NCBI GenBank assembly: GCA_018652595.1
Contig: JABIBU010000008.1
Coordinates: forward strand, 1-62,420
Direction of reading: 5' to 3'
Length of the DNA stretch: 62,420 bases
Source of the DNA: Candidatus Magasanikiibacteriota bacterium
GTDB lineage: Bacteria > Patescibacteriota > Patescibacteriia > Magasanikbacterales > UBA922
Part shown: piece after piece, positions 34,522-44,496 of the stretch
Position numbering within the stretch: the stretch's first letter is position 1
Layout: each line of letters starts with the position of its first letter
Notes under the pieces: model-generated
Database searches by the model: none
Seen by the model: only the letters and a program-made list of their open reading frames with translations
Told to the model about the DNA's origin: nothing
Program-made: the position numbers and the translations under genes

Positions 34522-35361
34522 TTAAAATTTATTTATTAATTCACTTATTTTTATATTATTACCATAAGGATAATAAATAGCGGCTTTAAATTCAGCAAAC
34601 CCAAATCCTTCAAAAGCACCTAATAGAGCAGAGTTAAAAACCCTTAATCCTCCTACCCAATTCTCCCAACCGACCTCATTATAATTATAAAACACTTCAT
34701 CAAATTTGTAAAATACCACAAGTAATTTATTGCGTAATTGTTCATTGTATATTTTGTAACAAAGTTCTTTACGAAAAGTCTCCTGCAAAGGAATGAAAGC
34801 TGGTAAATTCCCAGCTTTTACCTGAAGACCATCTTCTAATAATTTTTTCTTGTCTTCATCTGACAAATTATTCATTTCATACATTACCTGAAGTGTATAT
34901 TCTAATACATAAAAAATCCCAATCTTCTGTAAAGTATCTAGATCAGCTTTTTGTTTATCATTATCAGACATTTCCTTAGCTTTTTGGTTCAGATTTTCTA
35001 AAGCTACATGATGTTCTAGTAATTTTTTCTTGGCACTATTTACTTTGGAATCAAGCTCTCTAATTAATTCATCAAGATCTTCATTCAAATCAGTCAGGCG
35101 ATATATTTCTATTAAATTTGATAAGTGCTGTACAAACGCCAAATCATCAAAACCCGACTTTATATCTGATTCCAAAAAAACCAAAACTTTATAAGCTTTG
35201 GTTTCGATTAATTCTTTTTTTTCTAAAGACTTTTTTAACTTTTCGACGGACTCTCTTGCTTTACCATTCAATTTACCTTGAATTTCAGTATCCAAAAACT
35301 CAACTGGTCTTTTTTCTATAAAAGAAGCAACTTCCAAAAAATTTTTCAATGGTGAAGGCAT
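34522..35361 (-). CDS. Hypothetical 279-aa helical protein
   Basis: Uninterrupted ORF in operon context; no family recognised. Confidence 0.7.
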   Translation of the reverse strand: MPSPLKNFLEVASFIEKRPVEFLDTEIQGKLNGKARESVEKLKKSLEKKELIETKAYKVLVFLESDIKSGFDDLAFVQHLSNLIEIYRLTDLNEDLDELIRELDSKVNSAKKKLLEHHVALENLNQKAKEMSDNDKQKADLDTLQKIGIFYVLEYTLQVMYEMNNLSDEDKKKLLEDGLQVKAGNLPAFIPLQETFRKELCYKIYNEQLRNKLLVVFYKFDEVFYNYNEVGWENWVGGLRVFNSALLGAFEGFGFAEFKAAIYYPYGNNIKISELINKF

Positions 35362-35369
35362 ATCATTTA

Positions 35370-35744
35370 TTACTCTTCCAAATAAGTTTGTAAAATTAGC
35401 ATAGCTGCCTTTTCGTCAAGAGTGGCGTCTCCACCCATCTGTCTAGCTTCGGATGTAGTCAAGCGCTCGTCAGCAAAATCTATTTCTACACCAGTTTGCT
35501 TTTTTACTTCATCTGCAAACTTTCTAATTCGCTTTGTGTTATCATTTTCTGTCATTTCTTCCATATCTAGTGGGAGACCAAGCACTACTTTATCAATTCT
35601 TTCTTTTTTTATAAACTCTACCAATTCTTCCAATGACCCTACCACACCATAGGGCAAAACAACATCCAGGCCTTCTTGAACCCAAGCCAAACCAATGCGT
35701 TTTCTTCCGTAATCTACACCTAATATGTTCATATTATTTTTCAT
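35370..35744 (-). CDS. ruvX: Pre-16S rRNA nuclease / Holliday junction resolvase-like YqgF
   Basis: LGVDYGRKRIGLA, VLGLP, DERLTT.EA, D..AA.LILQ.YL. Confidence 0.93.
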   Translation of the reverse strand: MKNNMNILGVDYGRKRIGLAWVQEGLDVVLPYGVVGSLEELVEFIKKERIDKVVLGLPLDMEEMTENDNTKRIRKFADEVKKQTGVEIDFADERLTTSEARQMGGDATLDEKAAMLILQTYLEE

Positions 35745-36546
35745 TAGATCTCCTAGTAACAACTACTGGACCATCTTTTGCAATTACAACGGTATGCTCC
35801 TGATGTGAACATAGCTTACCATCAACTGTAGAAATTCCCCATCCGTCTGGAGCTGTCTTTATATTATAGTCTCCAATAGTTACCATAGGCTCAATGGCAA
35901 TTACCACGCCTTCCTTCAAAATCCAATCTTCCATATTCTTATCATAGTAATTTGGCACGCGTGGATCTTCGTGTACACCATGACCAACACCATGACCAAC
36001 AAGATCACGCACTATGCCATAACCCTGAGGCTCTACATAGTTTTGAATTGCTTTGCCAATATCAGCTACAGTATTGCCAACTTTGCACTGTTCAATTCCA
36101 ATTTCCAAAGCTTTTTTTGTCACACTGAGTAATTGCTTGGTCTTTTCTGGAACCTCTCCTACAATTACTGTAATGGCAGTATCAGTAAAAAACCCGTTAC
36201 CATTCTCACCCTCACCACAGTTTAATGGCCACTGCATGCCAATGTCTATACTAAAAATATCTCCGTCTTTTAAAACTTTTTCTTTGGTCGCAATACCATG
36301 CACTAGCTCGTCATTGCAAGACGCACAGATAGTAGAAGGAAACGCTGGTTCACTTTTTCTACCCCTATAACCCTTGAAAGCCGGACGTCCACTAGCTTCT
36401 TTTATTAATTTTTCAGCTTCCTCATCTATATCCAAAGCAGTGATACCAGGATTTACCATGTCACCCAACTTTTGCAAAATCTCACCCAAAATTTTTCCAC
36501 CCTTAATGATTTGCTCTATTTCTGATTGTGATTTTATATATGACAT
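35734..36546 (-). CDS. map: Methionine aminopeptidase type I
   Basis: C.S.NDELVHGI, GD...IDIG, D.A.T, GHGVG..VHE.P, AIEPM, QEHT. Confidence 0.96.
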   Translation of the reverse strand: MSYIKSQSEIEQIIKGGKILGEILQKLGDMVNPGITALDIDEEAEKLIKEASGRPAFKGYRGRKSEPAFPSTICASCNDELVHGIATKEKVLKDGDIFSIDIGMQWPLNCGEGENGNGFFTDTAITVIVGEVPEKTKQLLSVTKKALEIGIEQCKVGNTVADIGKAIQNYVEPQGYGIVRDLVGHGVGHGVHEDPRVPNYYDKNMEDWILKEGVVIAIEPMVTIGDYNIKTAPDGWGISTVDGKLCSHQEHTVVIAKDGPVVVTRRSNEK

Positions 36547-36552
36547 ATAATT

Positions 36553-37215
36553 TTACTTTTCCAAAATATCACTAATTTTTTCATCTACTTCATCAATTGA
36601 TAACTCGCCATCAACCGTCTGTAAAATTTCCAAATCACGGTAGTAATCCAAAATTGGACCAATTGCATTATTCCCCTGCTCTGCAATACGCTGTTTGGCT
36701 GTCTCTGGATTATCATCTGATCGCACAATCAATTCTCCGTCGCATTCAGGGCATTTAGCCTTTTTCTCGTTATCAGGAGAATATGGCAGTATAAAACCGC
36801 AGGAAGGGCAAATTTTGCGCTTTGTGAGGCGATTAAAACTGGTTTCGTCACTCAAAGCGACCTCAATTGCTAGTACTTCCTCAATCAATTTTTTACTAGC
36901 AAAATACTCTTGATATTTTTTTGCCTGTTCTAGATTGCGAATTGCTCCGTCTAGAATAATACCACGATCAGAATCTAGATACTTATCCATCTCAGCAAAA
37001 GCTAATTTATAAATCAGATCATCTGAAACAAGCTTTCCAGCTTTCATATCAGCAAGTTTTTGCTTATCTTGTTCATCTGCATTTTTATCACTGCCTAATG
37101 CACGCAAAAGATCACCAGTAGATATTTGACCGTAATTATATTTTTCTACAAGTTTTCTAGCTTGGGTTCCCTTTCCACTACCGGGAACACCCATTAAAAT
37201 AATTATTTTTTTCAT
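36553..37215 (-). CDS. adk: Adenylate kinase (Zn-binding LID)
   Basis: G.PGSGKGTQA, ISTGDLLR, LDG..R, CPSC..CPEC, RSDD. Confidence 0.96.
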   Translation of the reverse strand: MKKIIILMGVPGSGKGTQARKLVEKYNYGQISTGDLLRALGSDKNADEQDKQKLADMKAGKLVSDDLIYKLAFAEMDKYLDSDRGIILDGAIRNLEQAKKYQEYFASKKLIEEVLAIEVALSDETSFNRLTKRKICPSCGFILPYSPDNEKKAKCPECDGELIVRSDDNPETAKQRIAEQGNNAIGPILDYYRDLEILQTVDGELSIDEVDEKISDILEK

Positions 37216-37232
37216 AATTTACAAACTACTAT

Positions 37233-37520
37233 TTATTTTAAAGTTTTACCAAAGACCTTCATAAGCCCATCACGATCAACCTGACTAATCTTATTCTGAT
37301 TTTTTAGCTTGGTCAATACTTCGTAGATTTGAAACAAAGAAATCTTACCATCGCCTCGTCGACGAGCAGTAACAATTTCTTCTACTAAAAGCTCTTCGGT
37401 AGAATCCAAGCTCTGGACTTTATATCGAGAAACTAACTCTTTTATCTTCTCTGCTGAGAGAGGATACTCTGTTTTGGAGTACTTTGTAGACGAACCAAAA
37501 TATGAATCAAAAAATCCCAT
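37233..37520 (-). CDS. Hypothetical small protein (probable start 37520)
   Basis: ORF directly upstream of adk; no motif recognised. Confidence 0.6.
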   Translation of the reverse strand: MGFFDSYFGSSTKYSKTEYPLSAEKIKELVSRYKVQSLDSTEELLVEEIVTARRRGDGKISLFQIYEVLTKLKNQNKISQVDRDGLMKVFGKTLK

Positions 37521-37658
37521 ACTCGTGTGATTAAGTGATCTAGTGATCAAGTGATTAAGTATTTTTGTGCTTATTTAAGCGATTTTATTATAGCAAAACA
37601 GGCTTATCTTGACAAGAGGGCGATAACTTAGTAAAATGCACAAATAAAGGAGGTGTCT

Positions 37659-37850
37659 ATGGGCTGGTTTTGGAAATGGACACAGGATGGACTGACGGAG
37701 TTCTTCACCGGTATTTTTACCACCAAGGAGGGCATTATAACCCTCGTAATTACGGCCACAGGCATAGCAATTGCTGCTGGCCTGTCCTATGCCAGCTTAC
37801 AACTGGTCTTAAGTCTGATACCCAAAGACCCCAAGGGAGACCAGAAGTAA
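37659..37850 (+). CDS. Orphan 63-aa single-TM protein with own promoter and strong SD
   Basis: TTGACA-17-TAAAAT starting near 37611; AAAGGAGG upstream of ATG 37659; one hydrophobic helix. Confidence 0.65.
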   Translation: MGWFWKWTQDGLTEFFTGIFTTKEGIITLVITATGIAIAAGLSYASLQLVLSLIPKDPKGDQK

Positions 37851-37980
37851 ACCCTTCATCGGAACGAGACTGGTGCCCCCTTTCCAGCTCTCAATCCGCA
37901 TAGCATCTGACTTAGGTCCGATCCTGTGCGGAGCTGGGAAGTTCAATTGAAAACACTCGCTTTAATGCGAGTGTTTTTTT

Positions 37981-38131
37981 ATCCCCTTCTCGTGGAAGAG
38001 GAGCATACATGACAAGTGGAGTGGTGGGGTGGTGCATTCTATGGGCATTTAGTATCGCATTAATGCGAACACCACCCCACCCGTCCCGACTGCGGTCGTG
38101 ACGAGGTGCCCCTCCTCCACAAGGAGGGGAC
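37981..38131. mobile_element. About 150-bp MITE-like element, copy A
   Basis: Terminal palindromes TCCCC..GTGG..GAGG / CCCCTCCTCCACAAGGAGGGGA; core TCGCATTAATGCGA; inverted homolog at 55507-55650. Confidence 0.75.
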
Positions 38132-38172
38132 AAATTTAAAAACCACCTCGCGGTGGTTTTATTTGTATTTTA

Positions 38173-38200
38173 TCCCCGCAGAGGGATGCCCTGTGGGTAT
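38173..38200. repeat. 28-bp repeat downstream of secY; inverted partner at 39523-39550
   Basis: TCCCCGCAGAGGGATGCCCTGTGGGTAT, 26/28 identical to the reverse complement of 39523-39550. Confidence 0.85.
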
Positions 38201-38224
38201 TATGTGTATCTTGTATCGTGTCGA

Positions 38225-39496
38225 CTACATTCGATCATACTCATGCACCTCTATCTGAGCGTCAATCTGCTTGGCGGTCTCAATAGCCACTGATACCACG
38301 ATCAAAAGTGAGGTACCACCAATTACCAATGATTGAGTACCTGTGACAGCTCTCAAAAGTAAAGGTAACACAGCAATAAGAGCCAAAAATGAAGCACCAA
38401 TAAAGATTATTCTACTCATAGTGTGACCAAGATATTCTTCGGTCTGCTTTCCTGGACGAATACCAGGAATAAAACCACCTTGTCTCTGCAAATTCTCGGC
38501 AATCTTTTGGGGATGAAAAATAACAGCAGTATAAAAATATGTAAAACCAAATACTAATATAAAATATACTGCTCCGTAAAATATCTGATTATTAAACAAG
38601 CTTACAACGCCCTGAGATAGGGTGGCAAACCAACCAGTTCCAGCTACAAAAAATTGAGCAATCATTGGCGGAAATAAAATTACTGAAATTGCGAAGATAA
38701 TTGGGATAACACCAGCCATATTCACACGCAAAGGCAAGTGGGTATTACTACCACCATACGTCTTATTACCACGAATCTGCTTAGCATAGCTAACTGGAAT
38801 ATTTCTCTGTCCTTCGCTGATAACAACCACACCTACGACAGTAGCGATGGCAATAGCGATAAACAATCCGTAAGTATATAAGTCTGATGAAGTATAGTTC
38901 AAAACAGCTCTTTGGACTACACCTGGCAATGCAGATACGATACCAGCAAAAATCAAAAGTGAAATTCCGTTTCCGATATTTTTTTCAGTAATAAGCTCAC
39001 CAATCCACATTAGAAATACTGTACCAGCTGTAATTGTCAGCATGATTGTAATAAGTTTATATGTATTTAGATCTGGAATAATTTGATTTTGTGATTGAGT
39101 AAGAAGTTGGATCATGGCAAAGGCCTGCAAAAAAGCCAAAGGCACAGTAGACAATCTTGTATACATATTTATTTTTTGCTGACCTGCTTCACCTTCTTTT
39201 GATAATTCTTCTAGACGAGGAACTACCATTGTAAGAAGCTGGAAAATAATAGAAGCTGTAATATATGGAGCAATACCAAGCATGACTATAGAAAAGTTTT
39301 CCATAGTACCGCCAGAAAACACATTCAACAGTCCCAAGATCTGATTACCTGCCAAAAATTGACCCAAAGCCTCTGTATCTACACCAGGAATCGGAATATG
39401 AGCAGCCAATCTAAAAATAACAAGCATCCCCAAAACGAAGAGGACACTTTTTCTTAAACTTTTTATTTTCCAAATTTTTCTAATTTTTTCCCACAT
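38225..39496 (-). CDS. secY: Preprotein translocase SecY
   Basis: FRLAAHIPIPG, LGIAPYITASII, GIGNGISLLIFAGI, GFIPGIRPG, GGTSLLIVV. Confidence 0.98.
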   Translation of the reverse strand: MWEKIRKIWKIKSLRKSVLFVLGMLVIFRLAAHIPIPGVDTEALGQFLAGNQILGLLNVFSGGTMENFSIVMLGIAPYITASIIFQLLTMVVPRLEELSKEGEAGQQKINMYTRLSTVPLAFLQAFAMIQLLTQSQNQIIPDLNTYKLITIMLTITAGTVFLMWIGELITEKNIGNGISLLIFAGIVSALPGVVQRAVLNYTSSDLYTYGLFIAIAIATVVGVVVISEGQRNIPVSYAKQIRGNKTYGGSNTHLPLRVNMAGVIPIIFAISVILFPPMIAQFFVAGTGWFATLSQGVVSLFNNQIFYGAVYFILVFGFTYFYTAVIFHPQKIAENLQRQGGFIPGIRPGKQTEEYLGHTMSRIIFIGASFLALIAVLPLLLRAVTGTQSLVIGGTSLLIVVSVAIETAKQIDAQIEVHEYDRM

Positions 39497-39590
39497 ATTT
39501 TTTAAGATACAAGTTATAAATTATACCCACAGGGCATCCCTCTACAGGGACAAACAAAAATTTCAAATTACAATTTTATATCTTGTGTCC

Positions 39591-40034
39591 TTAGAATTTA
39601 ACACTACCGCCAGCCTTCTCTATCAATTCTACCGCATTTTTACTAGCCATGCAACCTTCAATTTTTAATTTCTTTTTTAGTTCACCTCTTGCAACAATCT
39701 TTACTCCATTTTTTGGTGTACGAATAATTCCAACTTTTGTCAAAAAAGCCGGGTTAACAATTTGTTTTTCATTGGCAAACTTTTCTAAGATAGCCAAAGT
39801 AACAGTCTCTTTTCTTGGATAAGGACTATTAAAACCACGGAGCTTAGGAATCTTTTGTAGAGATGCCTTAAATCCTCGTTTTTGACCGCCACTCTTACCA
39901 CCCGAACGAGATCTCTGACCCTTTAGACCACGAGCAGAGTAGGTACCCTTTCCAGAAGCATTACCACGCCCAAGTCTCTTAGGTTTTCTACGAGATTTAT
40001 TTGCAGATTTGATTGTACTAGGACTTAATGCCAT
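39591..40034 (-). CDS. rplO: 50S ribosomal protein uL15
   Basis: RLGRGNASGKGTYSARGLKGQRSRSG. Confidence 0.96.
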   Translation of the reverse strand: MALSPSTIKSANKSRRKPKRLGRGNASGKGTYSARGLKGQRSRSGGKSGGQKRGFKASLQKIPKLRGFNSPYPRKETVTLAILEKFANEKQIVNPAFLTKVGIIRTPKNGVKIVARGELKKKLKIEGCMASKNAVELIEKAGGSVKF

Positions 40035-40062
40035 ATAATTTAAATATTTTTTGTAATACTAA

Positions 40063-40644
40063 TTACTTCTTAATCTCTTCTTTTACTACAACCTTTTTCT
40101 CATTGTCAACTTTCTTAACTTCAACTTCCTTCTTTTCTTCTATTTTCTTTACTTCTTTCTTTGGCTTAGCCTTTACTTTGAAAGACTGCAAAGCTACGAA
40201 AGTTGCTTTTACATTATTCATCTTGTTGCCAGTCTTACCCATGATCTTGGCAGATGCATTTGGCACACCACCCAATTCCAATACTACTCTAACAGCACCA
40301 CCAGCAATAATACCAGAACCCATAGGGGCTGGTTTGATCATTACCTTACCAGCTTTGTACTTGCCTTCTGTTCTATGAGGCACGGTCTCTTTGAATAGAG
40401 GGATAGTAATCATGCTCTTCTTGGCTTGATTAACAGCCTTTTCTACGGCTATTTGCACATCCTTACCCTTATCAACACCATAACCTACTCTGCCTTTTCT
40501 ATCACCAATCACAACCAAAGCACGAAAGCTCAATTGCTTACCACCTTTTGTAACACGAGTAACACGAGCCAAATCTACAATCTGCTGATCAAACTCAGGT
40601 TTCTCTCTTTTAAATTTTGATTTACCTTTTCCTCTGAATGCCAT
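40063..40644 (-). CDS. rpsE: 30S ribosomal protein uS5 with K/E-rich C-tail
   Basis: RVTRVTKGG, ALVVIGD.KG.VG.G, G.GIIAGG. Confidence 0.97.
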   Translation of the reverse strand: MAFRGKGKSKFKREKPEFDQQIVDLARVTRVTKGGKQLSFRALVVIGDRKGRVGYGVDKGKDVQIAVEKAVNQAKKSMITIPLFKETVPHRTEGKYKAGKVMIKPAPMGSGIIAGGAVRVVLELGGVPNASAKIMGKTGNKMNNVKATFVALQSFKVKAKPKKEVKKIEEKKEVEVKKVDNEKKVVVKEEIKK

Positions 40645-40670
40645 ATAACTTTGATAATTTCTAAATTATA

Positions 40671-41045
40671 TTAAAATTCCAAACCACCTTCACGAGCACC
40701 ATCAGCCAACGCCTTTACTCTACCATGATATTGAAAGCCAGCTCTATCAAAAACAACTTTTACAATTTTTTTGTCTTTGGCTTGCTTCGCTAATTCCAAA
40801 CCAACCAAATAAGCAGCAGCTGTCTTACCTTTTCTCTCACCAACATCTGCTTTTGTGTCATTTTTTTTGCTGTGCACAGACAACAAAGTCTTTCCAGTAG
40901 TATCATCGATCAACTGAGCAAAAATATTTAACAAACTGCGGTGTACAGCAAGCCTAGGTCTATCAGCGGTACCAGAAATCTTAGCCCTTACTTTGACTCT
41001 TCTTCTTGCTCTTTTTTCTCGTCTTGTAGTATTATTTTTATTCAT
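40671..41045 (-). CDS. rplR: 50S ribosomal protein uL18
   Basis: RPRLAVHRS, VFDRAGFQYHGRVKALADGAREGGL. Confidence 0.97.
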   Translation of the reverse strand: MNKNNTTRREKRARRRVKVRAKISGTADRPRLAVHRSLLNIFAQLIDDTTGKTLLSVHSKKNDTKADVGERKGKTAAAYLVGLELAKQAKDKKIVKVVFDRAGFQYHGRVKALADGAREGGLEF

Positions 41046-41059
41046 ATTTATTCAAAACT

Positions 41060-41605
41060 TTAAGCAGCAGCTTTTGCAGCCTTTCCTGCTTTACGTCTGA
41101 TTACTTCATCAACGTATTTAATACCTTTTCCTTTATAAGGTTCTGGTTTGCGAACTTTTCTTATTTCAGCGGCTACCCTACCAACCAATTCTGTATCAAC
41201 ACCAGTAACTTTTATGCGGTTCTTTTCAGTAGAAATAGTAATTCCTTCTGGTACTTTATAGAGTACAGGATGTGAATATCCTACTTCTATTTTCAAATCA
41301 GCCCCCTGCATTGCAACTTTATAACCAACGCCATTTACTTCCAACTCTTTCATAAATTCTTCAGTCACACCTTTTATCATATTTATGATATGAGCACTAA
41401 AAGTACCCCACAATGCTCTTTCTTTTTTTTCTTCAGGTTTTGCCACGGTTACCTTTACTTCTTTGTCTTGCACCTCAACATTGACCAGATCATTCAGCTT
41501 ACGAGTTAATTCCCCTTTTGGTCCTTTTACCTTAACAGCGCCATCTTTTACTTCGATAGTTACACCTTCAGGGATTTCAATTTTTTGTTTTCCTATACGT
41601 GACAT
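41060..41605 (-). CDS. rplF: 50S ribosomal protein uL6
   Basis: MSRIGK, VKGPKGEL, RKPEPYKGKGI. Confidence 0.97.
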   Translation of the reverse strand: MSRIGKQKIEIPEGVTIEVKDGAVKVKGPKGELTRKLNDLVNVEVQDKEVKVTVAKPEEKKERALWGTFSAHIINMIKGVTEEFMKELEVNGVGYKVAMQGADLKIEVGYSHPVLYKVPEGITISTEKNRIKVTGVDTELVGRVAAEIRKVRKPEPYKGKGIKYVDEVIRRKAGKAAKAAA

Positions 41606-41631
41606 ACTTTTTTATTAATCTATGAAAATCT

Positions 41632-42024
41632 TTAGTAAACGGAACAAATAATTTCTCCACCAACACCCTTTTTGCGAGCTTCTTTGTTGGTCATAAGACC
41701 ACCAGAAGTAGATACAATAGCCACACCATAATTGTTCAAAATTTTTGGCATCTCATCTGCTTTGCAGTATACTCTACGGCCTGGTTTGCTCTCTCTTTTT
41801 ATTGAGCGTATTGCAGATTGTTTATTACTGTACTTCAATTCCACTACCAACTTATTTACTGGTTCGGCTTCAACTTCTTCCACCTTACCCAAATAACCTT
41901 CTCGATTCAAAATGTCGGCAATACTTTTTTTCAATTTTGAAAAAGGTATCTCAACACTGCCCCTTCTTGACATTTGGGCATTTCTAATGCGAGTTAGCAT
42001 ATCAGCAATTGGATCAGTCATCAT
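41632..42024 (-). CDS. rpsH: 30S ribosomal protein uS8
   Basis: DPIADMLTRIRNA, SKPGRRVY, GVGGEIIC. Confidence 0.97.
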   Translation of the reverse strand: MMTDPIADMLTRIRNAQMSRRGSVEIPFSKLKKSIADILNREGYLGKVEEVEAEPVNKLVVELKYSNKQSAIRSIKRESKPGRRVYCKADEMPKILNNYGVAIVSTSGGLMTNKEARKKGVGGEIICSVY

Positions 42025-42065
42025 AAGTTACAATAATTATATTATTTTATAGTTTGTTTAAAAAT

Positions 42066-42251
42066 TTACCAGCTTGATTTACGAATGCCTGGCAATTTGC
42101 CATCGTTGGCTAATTCTCTAAAACAAATACGGCAAAGACCAAATTTTCTTATGTATCCACGTTCACGGCCACATTTCCAACAACGTTTTACAATTCTGGT
42201 GCTGAATTTTGGCTTACGACTTGATTTTGCTATTTGTGCTTTAGTTGCCAT
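42066..42251 (-). CDS. rpsN: 30S ribosomal protein uS14, Zn-binding (type Z)
   Basis: [21 protein letters not shown]. Confidence 0.96.
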   Translation of the reverse strand: MATKAQIAKSSRKPKFSTRIVKRCWKCGRERGYIRKFGLCRICFRELANDGKLPGIRKSSW

Positions 42252-42262
42252 ATTTAATTTAT

Positions 42263-42805
42263 TTATTTCTTGAATGGAAAGCCTAGCTTTTCTAAGAGTG
42301 CCTGTCCTTCTTCTTTTGTATTTGCACTAGTATTGATTACAACTTCTAGACCATGAATCTTTTCAATAGAATCACCCTTGATTTCTGGAAAAGCAATATG
42401 CTCTTTGAAACCCAAAGTAAAATTACCTGTTTTATCAAAACTCTTGCTACTAATACCACGAAAGTCCCTTACACGAGGCAGAGTAACAGAAGTCAACTTG
42501 TCGATAAAATCATACATTTTTTGACCACGCAATGTTACAGAAATTCCAATCTTCATACCCTCTCTAATCTTAAAGTTTGAAATGGATTTCTTTGCCTTGT
42601 TGTGTACTGGACTCTGTCCTGTGATAGAACGCAAAGTCTTTTCTACATTTTCTATGAAACCAGCATCTTTCAAATGACGACCGTATCCAACATTAAGTAC
42701 AACCTTTTTCAATTCTGGCACTTGCATTATATTTTTGTAGCCAAACTGTTCTTTCAAAGCTGGGACTACTTGTTCTTTATATTGTTTTTTCAATCTTGAT
42801 TCCAT
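42263..42805 (-). CDS. rplE: 50S ribosomal protein uL5
   Basis: ITGQ.P....[22 protein letters not shown]. Confidence 0.97.
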   Translation of the reverse strand: MESRLKKQYKEQVVPALKEQFGYKNIMQVPELKKVVLNVGYGRHLKDAGFIENVEKTLRSITGQSPVHNKAKKSISNFKIREGMKIGISVTLRGQKMYDFIDKLTSVTLPRVRDFRGISSKSFDKTGNFTLGFKEHIAFPEIKGDSIEKIHGLEVVINTSANTKEEGQALLEKLGFPFKK

Positions 42806-42834
42806 ATTATTTGTTTGCTTTTCTTAGAAAAAAT

Positions 42835-43155
42835 TTAGTTTAAAAATTCACCACTCTTTTTTGCCATACGCTTTTTTTCTTTGCCCTCAGTCTTATAGCC
42901 CACTCTACTTGCTTTACCGCTCTTTGGGTCAATTAGCATTACATTACTAATATTCAATGGGGCTGGCAATTCAATAACTTGGCCTTTTTCACCCTGACGA
43001 CGAGCCTTCATATGCTTTTTCAAAACATTTACATCCTCTACTACGACAAAAGATTGAGCTGTTTTTTTGTTACGCAAAATCTGAATGACTTTACCAGTCT
43101 TACCTTTGTCTTTACCAATCAATACTTTTACTTTGTCGCCTGTTTTTATTTTCAT
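42835..43155 (-). CDS. rplX: 50S ribosomal protein uL24
   Basis: IKTGDKVKVLIGKDKGKTG KOW motif, ISNVML. Confidence 0.96.
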   Translation of the reverse strand: MKIKTGDKVKVLIGKDKGKTGKVIQILRNKKTAQSFVVVEDVNVLKKHMKARRQGEKGQVIELPAPLNISNVMLIDPKSGKASRVGYKTEGKEKKRMAKKSGEFLN

Positions 43156-43200
43156 ACTTTTAATCTGTGTAATCTTTTAAAAATCTGTGTAATCTGTGTC

Positions 43201-43572
43201 TTATAATACCTCAGGAGCCAGAGAAACAATCTTTTGGAAACCTTTGGTTCTAAGCTCTCTTGCTACTGGGCCAAAAATACGTGTAGACTTTGGCTCTTTG
43301 CTTTCTCTATCGATAACAACAGCTGCATTTTCATCAAAACGAATATACGAACCGTCTTTACGACGCATCTCTTTTCTTTGTCTTACAATAACAGCATGAA
43401 TCACATCACCTTTTTTGATGGCTGCACGTGGAGCAGCTTCCTTTACTGCACAGGTAATAACATCACCGATTCTAGCGAATCTTTTTTTATAACCACCCAA
43501 AACTCTAATACACTGGAGCTTTTTGGCGCCGCTATTATCTGCTACTTTTAACATTGATCTATGCTGAATCAT
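43201..43572 (-). CDS. rplN: 50S ribosomal protein uL14
   Basis: [28 protein letters not shown]. Confidence 0.98.
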   Translation of the reverse strand: MIQHRSMLKVADNSGAKKLQCIRVLGGYKKRFARIGDVITCAVKEAAPRAAIKKGDVIHAVIVRQRKEMRRKDGSYIRFDENAAVVIDRESKEPKSTRIFGPVARELRTKGFQKIVSLAPEVL

Positions 43573-43594
43573 ATCAGTTACTTTTTGAAAAAAA

Positions 43595-43864
43595 TTATTT
43601 AACTATTTTTACTAAACGCCATCTTTTAGTCTTGCTAAAAGGGCGACAACCTTCGAAAACAACCTTATCTCCTACTTCCGCTTGATTCTTTTCATCATGT
43701 ACAGGGTACTTTCTAGTTGTAGTATATTGCTTTCGGTATTTTGGGTGCATCTTAATACTTGCTACCAAAACATGTATTGTCTTGTTTTCTGCAACACTAA
43801 CAACCTCGCCTTCAAAACGACGACTTGGTACCTTTTTCTCTGTTGTTTTCTTTTCTTCACTCAT
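43595..43864 (-). CDS. rpsQ: 30S ribosomal protein uS17
   Basis: [20 protein letters not shown]. Confidence 0.96.
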   Translation of the reverse strand: MSEEKKTTEKKVPSRRFEGEVVSVAENKTIHVLVASIKMHPKYRKQYTTTRKYPVHDEKNQAEVGDKVVFEGCRPFSKTKRWRLVKIVK

Positions 43865-43875
43865 AATAATTTAAA

Positions 43876-44076
43876 TTATTTTTGCTCTGCTTTGTTACTC
43901 GCTTTAATTATGGTAAGAACTTGAGCAACTGTCTTTCTTACTTTTTTAATTTCAGACACATTTTTCAATTGCTTTTCACTAACTTTGAACCTAAGCTCAC
44001 GCAACTCATTGCGTTTTTCAGCCAAAAGCTCGTGTAATTCTCTTATGCTTTTATTTTTTAAATCTTGAATATCCAT
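43876..44076 (-). CDS. rpmC: 50S ribosomal protein uL29
   Basis: Position between rplP and rpsQ; L..LRF....QL.N...IK.VRK.VA..LT. Confidence 0.92.
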   Translation of the reverse strand: MDIQDLKNKSIRELHELLAEKRNELRELRFKVSEKQLKNVSEIKKVRKTVAQVLTIIKASNKAEQK

Positions 44077-44080
44077 AATA

Positions 44081-44494
44081 TTAAACTTTTCTTACAAATC
44101 TTGCCTTCACTGGTAATTTGTGGGAACATAAAATTAAGGCTTCCTTTGCTTTTTCTTCTGAAACACCTTCCATCTCAAACAGTACTGTACCTGGCTTTAC
44201 CGTAGCAACATAATAATCAGGGGCACCCTTACCACCACCCATAGGCACTTCGCTACCCTTTTTGGTCACAGGACGATCTGGAAAAATACGAATCCAAACC
44301 TTTCCACCACGCCTTACATATCTAGTCAAAACTCTACGTCCGGCTTCAATCTGTCTGGATGTAACCCAACTATAAGTTTCGGCAACTAAACCGTAGCTAC
44401 CAAAAGCAACTGTATTTATTCTAGTAGCAACACCCTTATTTCCTCTACGTGGTTTGTGCCACTTTCTGTGTTTTACTTTCTTTGGTAACAGCAT
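44081..44494 (-). CDS. rplP: 50S ribosomal protein uL16
   Basis: [31 protein letters not shown]. Confidence 0.97.
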   Translation of the reverse strand: MLLPKKVKHRKWHKPRRGNKGVATRINTVAFGSYGLVAETYSWVTSRQIEAGRRVLTRYVRRGGKVWIRIFPDRPVTKKGSEVPMGGGKGAPDYYVATVKPGTVLFEMEGVSEEKAKEALILCSHKLPVKARFVRKV

Positions 44495-44496
44495 AA

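Noticed and set aside
37912-38133. 73-aa ORF MSPPCGGGAP...
   Set aside because: Translation of MITE copy A, not a gene.
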